A stretch of DNA of 20,000 nucleotides, taken from contig NW_014577081.1 in NCBI RefSeq assembly GCF_000485595.1, positions 310,563 to 330,562 on the forward strand, written 5' to 3'. The DNA is from Priapulus caudatus. Its lineage: Eukaryota. The notes under the pieces were generated by a model. It ran no database searches. It was given only the letters and a program-made list of their open reading frames with translations, and had not been told where the DNA came from. Below, one piece after another: positions 10,317 through 20,000 of the stretch. The position numbers were made by a program, and so were the translations under genes. How positions within the stretch are numbered: position 1 is the first letter of the stretch; the number at the start of each line of letters is the position of its first letter.

Positions 10317-10364
10317 GGGCCGCGTAACTGGCCGCGTGTAACTGGGCCGCGTAGGTTACTGGGC
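10317..10364. repeat. Short degenerate tandem repeat of (ctg)ggccgcgt(aa)
   Basis: Three GGCCGCGT cores about 13-16 bp apart. Confidence 0.6.
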
Positions 10365-10680
10365 TCGCTGTTTGTTGACGGGACGGTGGCCACATGTCCT
10401 GTCTACAGGCCCTGTCTAATCGCACCCGCTCAGCTGCTGCCTACCCTATCTAATCGTGCTCGCCGTGTGCGTACGTGCGTGTTGATCCACCCGGCCTCGC
10501 CATCGCTAGATTGCCTGCGCGCGTGTTAGCCGAGCTTCGCTCATGACAGTGCAATTAGGCTACTGTAGGGAGCGAGCGCCTATTGATCAGTAGCACTAGG
10601 GGCAAGAACATGGAAACTAACGTAAAGAGAGATTTCATCTGTGTGTAACAACAAAATCCCGCTGCCTGCCGGTATGCGAT

Positions 10681-10922
10681 GTTGCTGCCTGCCACTGCTG
10701 CTACTGCTGCCGCTGCTACTACTGCCACTGCTGCTACTGCTGCCGCTGATACTACTGCTGCTGCTGGTGTTGTTGTTGTTGTTGTTGTTGCTGCTACTAC
10801 TACTGCTGCTGCTACTGTTGCTGCTTCTGCTGCTGCTGCTGCGGTTGCTGTTGCTGCGGCTGCTGCTGCTACTGATGCTAATGCTGTGGTTGCCACTTCT
10901 GCTACGGCTACTAATGCTGCTG

Positions 10923-10974
<52 letters not shown>

Positions 10975-11030
10975 GGCTCCTCCTCCTGCTGCTGCTGCTT
11001 CTGCGGTTGCTGCCGCTACTACTATTGCTG
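10681..11030. repeat. Compound trinucleotide repeat (CTG/CTA/GTT/CCT)n
   Basis: About 350 bp of in-phase triplets. It generates the polyA, polyL and polyS ORFs on both strands. Confidence 0.95.
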
Positions 11031-12093
11031 CGCGCTACAGTGGCCGAGGTTTTATACTGCAAGCTGGCTGATTGCGGCCGACTGCTATAATCCCTTGGAC
11101 ATTTTGCTGTAGTTTGAAGCCCAATCACCTGCTGAACAATCAACTACGATTAATAACGATGAGATCCCATAGCAGTAAATGCCCGCCAGTCACACAGTCA
11201 GTCTGACACTTGCTTGAGGGTATTTTTAGACGGTGCATCCTAATTTACACGTTCGATCAGATGTCATGTCCACTAATAAAAGGTGCAAAAATAATTTTAA
11301 TGAAAATAGAACAGAATTATTCACATTTACTTAGCATTTGCTCGTTAACAACTAAATGCTCAGCTGCGCGGCCAGGGCAGACGAACGTAGTTTTACCCGT
11401 AATGAGATTAATGCATTAGTAATTCCAAGCACATGTTAGCTCAGTGAAAGTCGCCCATAAAAGTCGTTTAAGACCAACAGTCGTGCGCGGGATCGCTGGC
11501 TGTTACTACTACTAAAAGTCGCGTAGGTTACCAAGCAAAACCCGCCGCTGAAGTGACGAGGCGCTTAGCGCGTGGAGGCTGTGGGGCATGACGACTGAGG
11601 GCGGGAAGTAAACGCGTGCACGACGGAATCTCATGGCGTTCATCGATGCATGATATCAAGAGCGTATATAGAATACCTTCTTTATAATACGCTCTTGATG
11701 ATATCACTGTAGCCTTTCGCATCAATTCGTAGAAGCAGCCGCAGTCGCTTTTAGTTTTAATCCAATATACAGCGATAGTCGGTGTGCGCGCGCTGGTTTT
11801 AATGCGATTGAAAAGCGATCTGTTTTCTAAACGAACCTAAGTGTGCGAGCGTGCTGGAATATTGCCGATGTTAAATGGAGAGTGTCGTCGTTTGTCAAAC
11901 CCGTTGGCTGACAATAAGTTGATGAAGTAGGGTAGCGACAGCCGAGTCCCACATGTGCGTAGCCGACCGTGTCTGCTCCCCGCTGCTCTACGCGGATGCA
12001 CTGCACAGCACTTTGTTATTGTTCGCGCTGGTCTCGCGTTATCGGTTACCAGTGTTTCACAAGTGCAAAGGGCTTCATCGGAGGATAGCGTTA

Positions 12094-12261
12094 ATGGCCA
12101 AGTTTACAGCACAGGCCGATGCTTCGACAAATACCGCAGCTGAACCAGAGGCTAGAGCACGCAATAAAAGCACATATTTCAGCAGCGTCGAGTGTTTCAG
12201 TAGCTACATCGATGGCACAATTGTTGAAGGTTGTCGGCTCGCTAGCGACTATACCGGTACT
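12094..12261 (+). other. Candidate first coding exon (unverified)
   Basis: TTAATGG start, 56 open codons (MAKFTAQADASTNTAAEPEARARNKSTYFSSVECFSSYIDGTIVEGCRLASDYTGT), then ACT|GTAAGG. No recognisable homology. Confidence 0.2.
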
Positions 12262-12499
12262 GTAAGGTTTTCTACTCAGCTTCTCAGATTCTTGCGCGCG
12301 TAAAATCTTGATTGTTGCTAGATAGCGAAAAGCATCGCGATAAAACGTAAGAATATAAGTCTATCAAAACCCGCAATAAATAGATTTTATTATGAAAATG
12401 TGGCAGGCTGCTAATTTTATGTTTTCTCATTGTAGCTTACGCACATCAATTATGAATAACCTTAAGTTAGTCATCAGCAGGATTCCGAGTGCCGTTATG

Positions 12500-12745
12500 T
12501 AGAACGATATCAGTTTCAACTTGGATATAGATCCTACTGGTATACAACACGTGGCATACAGGCACAGCTTCTTGACAGTGTGAGGACAAAAAGTCCCAGA
12601 AACGCAACCCAGTTTGTGACATGCATAAGGCAGCTGCATCAGCCGAACAAATCTGCATAACGGATGAGTGCCATCGTAGTGAGCCTGAGTTCCTTCTAGT
12701 CTGGTACCTCGGCCTCGAATTGCGCCCATACATGGTTAAAAGGCC
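12500..12745 (-). mobile_element. LINE ORF2 C-terminal relic (L2/Crack-like)
   Basis: Minus-strand PRYQTRRN...CMSQTGLRFWDFLS, then frameshifted PHTVKK...ISKLKL. This resembles the HxYxTR...SYxGxKLWNxLP..IK...FKxKLK end of L2/Crack/CR1-group ORF2. Confidence 0.4.
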
Positions 12746-12989
12746 CAGCCAGATTTGTTCACTCATCATGGCTTGGTTCAGATCGTTTACTATTCTGGCA
12801 TGGCCGGTGCACGCGGGCACGTGGTCTATAGTCACTTATAAAGATTTTCTTGTGATATAGATCGCGTACTCGAGACGTTGCTTTAAATTGAACAACCAAC
12901 TCTTTTGAGCTCCGGGGAGTGTAGCTTCTTGCTTAAGGCGAGAAGAAAGTTTTGTTACGTAATGTATTGTGTACAGTACTAATTCTTAA

Positions 12990-13473
12990 AGCCGCACTAT
13001 GCGCATCTACACGCTAATATCTCCAGTACTAGACTAGCAAATACTTCGTGTCATGCAGAATCGTACTACCTTATGCCAAAATAAACTGTAGTTCCTCTCA
13101 TTTCACTGCGCGTTGTCTTATAAAAGGCATTTGAAAATACCTCCAATGTTGTTCAAATTCTCCGATGTTGTTGACAGTTTCGCGTTGCTCTCCCAAGCAA
13201 CCGTGCAGCGGTGCGGCGGTACAGCGGTACGGGTGTAGCAAAGATAAAAACATGTGACGTCACATAACCGATTCTTGGCGAAATTGTTTGGGAAACAATT
13301 TAGCGTTCGCGCCAGATTGCCAGATTTCGCACCTTTTTCTTGTGGGTTTTAAGCAAACGCGCAGTGAAATGGGAGGAACTATTTTGCCATAAGTTAGTGT
13401 GATTAAGCATGACACGAAGTATTTGCTAGTCTAGTACTGGAGAAATTGGCGTTTGGATGCACATAGTGCGGCT
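12990..13473. mobile_element. Kolobok-like MITE with long (about 125 bp) TIRs and TTAA TSD
   Basis: TTAA|AGCCGCACTATGCGCATC... at 12986 and ...GATGCACATAGTGCGGCT|TTAA at 13477. The arms share a perfect inverted core CTCCAGTACTAGACTAGCAAATACTTCGTGTCATGC and also CATTTCACTGCGCGTT. A central palindrome ATGTGACGTCACAT lies at 13252-13265. Confidence 0.9.
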
Positions 13474-13672
13474 TTAACGTAGTGCGCAATGTGTAGCATT
13501 ATAATCTCTGTGGGCTAGCACACATAGGTAGTGCCAAGATGTTGCTCCTGTTTCAGGCCGGTGGTAGTTGCCAGTGACGTCATGGGGGAGGAATTAAGCG
13601 GATATACATACATATAAAAACACGCAGACATCCATGAAGATATAGATGAAAATTCGTCAGGCTTCACAACAA

Positions 13673-13675
<3 letters not shown>

Positions 13676-13750
<75 letters not shown>

Positions 13751-13761
13751 CATACATACAT
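13676..13761. repeat. (TA)n plus (CATA)n microsatellite
   Basis: Direct. Confidence 0.95.
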
Positions 13762-14784
13762 GCCATGGTTGCCAGAAATCTGCAGATTACTGCTGCTGGG
13801 ATAATCTGAGAGTTGGAGGCTGACAGCTTCTGAATAAAAATTGAATGGTCGCAGTATGCGGGGGGGGGGTCGTTGACGTGCGCGTCGCGTGTACGCCGCC
13901 GCTGCTAGGACTGGCTTCTTTCCTGCTCTACGGCGATAACGCACTAGTTCCGTATGTCCACCTCGCGACAGCAGTGCGACTCGCATTACACTGTAGCTAG
14001 AGGAGATAAATTCGGCATCTATGCAGAGCACGTAATCTGTGCATTCACTCAAGAACTTAAGATGTCGGTGGTATAAGCCTGAAGAAGGAATAGTGATAAG
14101 CCTCGCGGAATTACAGTTAGCAACTTGCGAGCCTGAAGAGCCGACATGAGAAAGCTCATAAAAATAACACGGAGAGGCACATTGAATCAACACGAGTATG
14201 CGTATAGAAAGACCACGAGGCGACGTATGGAAGTAACACGAGAGTTTCTAGAAGTAGCACACGTAAGCCTATAAAAGCAGCATAGAGAAGCGAGAAGGCG
14301 ACTAAAGGTGTAGCGGCTGTAGCCGTTTTAATTCACAAATAACTACAGTAGTATGTCCAAGAAACTAGCAGGGGGCAAGCAGAAATATGACAATTTTCTA
14401 AACTCAAAGGATTGACGCTGCTGAGTATGAAAATGCCAACAGTCGCATTATTAACCGCTATAGCTCTTACGTGTCTAGCGTCTATCTATAGACGCCAACA
14501 GTTATATGAGACTGTATAAGTGGAAGGAACAAGCCTGTGACTGTCGCAGTGTCAGATATCTATATGTCACTATGGCAAGTCTCTTTTTGTAACGCTGGCA
14601 AGTTTCTACCCCATGACAGTAGCAGCCCTGTTGAATTTTTACTGGCAACCCTAAAGGCTTCACAGTGGCAAGACTGTAGAAATAGCAGACGTATTACTAT
14701 TATATTAGCGACAACCGGTAACACGTCTGTGAAAATTTCGTCAGAGTAAGTTATTTTGTACTGATTATGGATCTAACTGAGATT

Positions 14785-14990
14785 AACTTTATTAACACGC
14801 CTGTGATAGTCCGGTCATATGCAGAGGTAAGCTTGTAGCGTTTGCAGAAGCTGTTTTGTAATGTGTTGGACATATGGAGTGGTTGTGGTGTGTGATTGGA
14901 AGACTGGTTTGGTGATGTGTGGGGTATGCACGTGGGATATAAATGATGGAAGCGTGGACGAGGAGGGGATTCTAGACGTTCCGAGATTGC
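14785..14990 (-). mobile_element. Possible CR1-like LINE ORF2 end relic
   Basis: Minus-strand PRFHHLYP....NTLQNSF resembles the H.LHHLLP...RT.R..NSF end of CR1. AATAAA follows on the same strand (14788-14793). Confidence 0.3.
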
Positions 14991-15505
14991 GTGTACCGTG
15001 TATACCTGTATCAGTTGTAAACAATATACTCTTTTGGTGAACACAAATTATATTCTTTGACTGATTATTTCTAACTCTAAATTATTCATTCTAAACACTC
15101 TGGTGTAACTACAACGCTACAGTTTAATATATAGTTGCTAGCCTCTCTCAAGTAGATCTTGAAAACAGGACTGGTGAGTGCACATCAGCGGGTATGATCG
15201 AGGCTTAGCCTTAAGTACGTACACACATGTGTTTATCCACGCCTGACTGGCGGCTTTGCAATGCGCATCTCCAAAGTAAATTGGGGTTTAGTGTTATTAT
15301 TTTTAAGTTAGCCACATATAGAGTGCATTAAAGCACCGGACGCGGCAAGCATGAAACATCCGCGGGCGTGTTTTTGTTTAGAGTACATTTACTGTAGGTG
15401 TTGTGGTTTACACATCACAGCCGATGATCGGCACGCACGTCTGATTGTTTACAAAGAAAACTTGCATCGACGTTTCTAGCATGCAGCGTGCTCTATAGAA
15501 TATAC

Positions 15506-15582
15506 CAGGAGCTTATAAATGGAATGATTCCATTATATTCCATATTTATTCCATATGGAAATATTCCATATATAAGCTCCTG
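15506..15582. mobile_element. 77-bp micro-MITE with 20-bp TIRs and 7-bp TSD
   Basis: CAGGAGCTTATAAATGGAAT ... ATTCCATATATAAGCTCCTG (19/20). Flanks are AATATAC (15499-15505) and AACATAC (15583-15589). The interior is built from ATTCCAT/ATGGAA motifs. Confidence 0.65.
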
Positions 15583-15879
15583 AACATACTATGGAGTTGT
15601 GGCTCAATTAAATGTCCATTAAATTCTTCACTAAAGGCTTGTGCAATGATTATCACTCGCTCACGTTCACGCTTCCTCCGATAGTTCGGTATATGATTAC
15701 TGGAGATCTGCTGACCATCTGGGCCACCATACTACAGAACCTCCATGCTATCACCGAGACTAGACGGTTTCAGGCAAAATCACGAGAAACCGCAAAATCT
15801 CGTGTCTATTATATACTAGCAATTGGCGCGTCTCCTTCCCGTGTAATCTTCCTCTAAGGAAGTCTCTCTGACATTCCCT

Positions 15880-16500
15880 TACGAGCCGAGCGGCGGCGCG
15901 CCATTCTCTCGTTAACGTCATGCCACACACAGGTCTACGTCTGTAACGCACGAACCGGGGAATTTTCCCGGGCCGTAATTGCTGGCCCGTGATTCCGTGC
16001 GACTGTAGGCACCAAGCTACTTCCAGTCCTCTCGCTCGGTGTACTTTCGGATCAACTATCGGCCAATCTATTGCGAGTGTAGCGAGGTTGGTCGCGTGGC
16101 GTAACCCGCGCGCGCCACGCAGCGGTCGCCACTCTCTCCCACTGATGACCAGATGAGCTTCGGCTACAATCAGCGAGCTAACTGGTCAAGTGAATTTGCA
16201 ACGGGCGCGTGTGGGGCACGGGACTCGCCGAGCAGGCTGTGGCCGCCGCGGCCGTAAGTGCTTCTGCTCCCGGCAACAATACACACATTGATTGGCTCGG
16301 GCACTTTGCAATAACCGGCCAGTAAGAGCTGAACGGAAGAGCATGTCGCATCTGCATCGGCCTGTGCGGCGCGGCCACGGCCAGCTGTGCGCCGAGTCGG
16401 CCGACCCGTGTTCCGGGCGCGTGTGCGTGACCCCGGCTGCCGCCGTTTTACAATGCTAATCGAATATCTGTGTCACAGTGCAGCCTGGCCGAGCAGACCC
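15880..16500. promoter_or_regulatory. CpG-rich promoter-like island with kappaB-type site, CCAAT and a donor at 16254
   Basis: High GC/CpG, GGGGAATTTTCCC at 15957-15969, CCAAT at 16063, ATTGG at 16291 and GCC|GTAAGT at 16254. Confidence 0.45.
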
Positions 16501-16869
16501 CGTAGCCTGGGTCACAGACACTCAAGACCGTTCCAAAAATATACCCGATAGTAAATGAATACTTTGATAGAAACTTTTTGCTATCAAGGTTTTCGTGTTG
16601 ACCTACTCTACCGCGCCGAATGAACGTTAAAACTTAGCGTACTGATAGCGTATAGAATTCGTTTATAGTGATAGCGTTTATATTTATTATCATTTTATTG
16701 TTGGAACGGCGTAATAATTATCTCAATGCTGGGTGGGCTTTACTACGTGACGCCTCGGCTTCTCCCTGCACGCTTCTTGAGAGGAGCGAGAGGTAAACAG
16801 AAAGGAGGGAGGTGGCGAAGGTTGAAAGAGATGGCGAAGGCGAGCGGGGTCAGAGCGGAGAACGGGAGA

Positions 16870-17258
<389 letters not shown>

Positions 17259-17380
17259 GGCCAGGTTATTCTATAGGAGATGTTGTCGGTAGAAATGGAT
17301 TGGATATTTAGCAGCCGACCGTCGTGCAGACGTACAGACGACAGACGTTGTTTGAAATGTGCATTCAGCGTCAGCAAACG

Positions 17381-17387
17381 CTGCTGC

Positions 17388-17418
<31 letters not shown>

Positions 17419-17419
17419 G
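17381..17419. repeat. (CTG)n(TTG)n microsatellite
   Basis: Direct. Confidence 0.9.
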
Positions 17420-18127
17420 CGGCTGCTTCTGCGCCGTTTGTTACTGTCGTTGTTTTATTCAGCTATCTTGACAAAGCTCAGATGGCAAGCTTGTAGAATC
17501 GCATGATCGATGCGTGCGTGCCCGTAGCCGTCCCGTGGCAGTCCGGACGTCCGTCCGTCGCGGTAACAGTTGCGCACAATCTTACCCGCACGACGTACGG
17601 TCACGATATTCTGGGACGTCGCGGGGGGGGGGGGGGGTCGTGAAAAAGACTCAGGATGACAAATTTGGGGGGTCAATGGTCAAGAGCTCAAGATGTGTAA
17701 ACGGAGGGGAATATTTCCCCCTTAACTTAAGGTATAGGAGGAATACGAAATTGCGGCAGCAATCTGAACGGCTCCACCTATGCTCTTTAATATTCGGTGT
17801 ATAGTGTGATGGCAGGAAACCCATCACCTGTGCGAAATTGGAGGCACAGGTCAAAAGGGCAGTGGGGGAAAAAGGTCAGATATCAGACATTTCTGAGGAC
17901 ATGGCCTAACGGACAGAGTGAAAAACTTTTTTTGTTTCAGCGCTGACCTACCATTTTTATCACATTTATTGGAAAGGACCATGAAATGCTTTCCACTGAC
18001 CGAACGAGAGTAATGTCTGATTACTTTGACCCTCAAGAGGAGGGTTAAACATGGATTTCTGAACTGCCTCAATGACGTCACATGTTGTCATATTCATGGC
18101 ACATCCATAATCTAGAAACCAAATAAA

Positions 18128-18194
18128 GCCGTAGCCGAACGCCTACAGCACAGGCGTCGCCGGCTCAAAGGTCGTTGGATCGAATCCCATCTGG
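18128..18194 (+). mobile_element. tRNA-derived (SINE head-like) relic
   Basis: A-box-like GTAGCCGAACG, and AGGTC followed by B-box-like GGATCGAATCCC at tRNA-like spacing. No intact cloverleaf. An AT-rich tract follows. Confidence 0.45.
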
Positions 18195-19579
18195 ATTTTT
18201 TATTATTTACTCCCTGTTTCCCTGGTATTTTTCTATCTTAATCCATTTAACTATTTTTTCCCAATTAACGCAAATATTTACATGATTTATTTAACAACAT
18301 TTTTAATAAAAACAAATAATTTGGTACACAATTAATTTATTTTTTAATAGGGTATGATTCACAATGCACCATAAAACAGGAGTTTCAGGCACGCGATTTG
18401 TATCAACCAATGGGATTTGGGAGGTATGCAGAATGCCAGAAGCGTTGCTGAAATGATGTGTACGCAACTGCGTAGCTGCATATATCTGCGCGCTAACAAA
18501 GGTGTCACTCCGCACGACTTAAATGTTACGTTTATAACCGGTAGCAACAGACACCTCAGATGAGCCCAGTCGCTCTGGCGGTCTTGTTGTTGTACCATCA
18601 TGTATTCATGTGAACGTGTAATTTGCCAAGCCACTGCTATACGTTGTCGGTCCCTCTGTCACGCGATTAGCCGCGTGTCTCCAACTACGCCATCCCTATT
18701 CGTGACTCTTATATTAACTCATATCGCACAGAATGTCCTGTCCTCCTCATTAGTTTAGTCCTAGGTTAGCCGTGTGCTGATGGGAATTGGGCTTCATATA
18801 AGCGAAATAGATGGCTAGTTTTAGTCAGTCCCCTGCTGACCGGTAGGCTGGGCAGCAGTGATAAACATTAACAGTGTCAGCCAACTCCCATTACACTGTA
18901 CGCGAATGCTCGCGTCTGATTGCTGCGGTGGGAAAGCGTGTAAACTTTAGTTGTGAGACCATCAGTCTACTAGTGCACAGTTTTGTTTTACTCGCATGGC
19001 CCGCGTACCGTGTGTTCACAAAGAATTTCTAATGCACCCATTCACTGACTGACTCTTCTATGTAAACCCGTTCCAGGCGCTTTAAGTTAATCTGATTTCA
19101 TCTGCCTCGTAAAACGTCCAGTATTTACACACTACATAACGTAATAGTCGCAGTACATCATTGCAGTGTACTGCGTTAGAGGATATCGTTGATAACTCTG
19201 GGTGATCGAGGTTAGAAAATCAAGTCTACACCCGAGACTATATCCTTGCATACATCGACATTTGAGATCTGCGGCCTGATGATGTAGGCTTCATATCCTG
19301 CAGCGTTGCCGGGCGTGTGTACTGTGTACTGGCTGCGAGACGCGTGGTGGGCGCCGGTGGCTCTGTGTGCTCCAGGCCTGTATTTTCTTTAGCTTAAATC
19401 TTGGTAAGTGAGGGCCGTATATGTGTGGACTGGCGACTTGATATATCCTGTACCTGGAGAGATTCTTGACGTCGTAATATCGCCGATATCGTCGATAATA
19501 TTCGCGCACATATCGTATCTGTTATTGCGTCTGTTAAGATGCTGGCTGCGCATGATGGATAGTGAAACAACCGTTAGTT

Positions 19580-19607
19580 TATATATATATATATATAATT
19601 AATATAT

Positions 19608-19638
<31 letters not shown>

Positions 19639-19677
19639 TATACATATATAATAATATATATACATATATATATATAT
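19580..19677. repeat. Interrupted (TA)n microsatellite
   Basis: Direct. Confidence 0.95.
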
Positions 19678-20000
19678 GTTTCACGAAGACGGCCCCCCTG
19701 AATTTGGCTATTTTTATATATTGACAGAGCTCCTGTGAAGGCGCATCGAGATCATTGTGTATCTTTGCATGCACACAGGGAGTGGTCTTTCGCAGCAGCA
19801 GTACGACGATGTTTTGCGGTCCCTGCGATTATTAATGATATATGACTATTGACACATCTCGCGTGATGCGCGCGGCTCAGTATCGCTGTGATTGAGCCGC
19901 GCTCCGCGACATAACCGTCACTATGATCTCAATCAGTTGACCCAGTTTCCAATCGAAGAAGACGACCGGCCGCTCTGTTGGCGGCGGTCTGCCTCGTTAA

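Noticed and set aside
12307..12327. Resemblance to miR-315 (TTGATTGTTGCT-AGA)
   Set aside because: There is a seed-region mismatch and no complementary arm for a precursor hairpin.
17727..17790. Third TTAA-bounded mini element
   Set aside because: The inverted similarity of the ends is too gapped to support.
19149..19175. 9-bp hairpin CGCAGTACA/TGTACTGCG (and similar ones at 473, 537 and 16561)
   Set aside because: These are short isolated stems with no TSD or Helitron CTAG end, and bacterial terminator logic does not apply.
19748..19770. Resemblance to bantam miRNA (GAGATCATTGTG)
   Set aside because: The 3' half diverges and I see no convincing hairpin.

Overview
Eukaryotic, most likely invertebrate animal, genomic DNA. 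It has no obvious CpG depletion, many microsatellites and no operon-like gene packing. I see no intact, recognisable protein-coding gene, and the long ORFs in the track are mostly microsatellite translations. The window reads as intronic/intergenic DNA with: (i) two TTAA-flanked Kolobok-type MITEs (7080-7553, 12990-13473); (ii) three very small (49-77 bp) inverted-repeat elements that appear to keep 5-, 7- and 8-bp target-site duplications; (iii) decayed LINE ends (RTE-X-like zinc knuckle, L2/Crack-like and CR1-like C-termini, two 3' tails), a possible solo LTR and a tRNA-like relic; (iv) a 20-bp minisatellite; (v) CpG-rich promoter-like islands ending in GT donors, which may be alternative first exons of a large gene (one island carries a kappaB-type site); and (vi) a possible heavily decayed BIR/IAP-domain relic near 1678-1880. 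All family assignments come from motif recognition by eye and need database confirmation. Nothing here clearly amounts to a new biological system.
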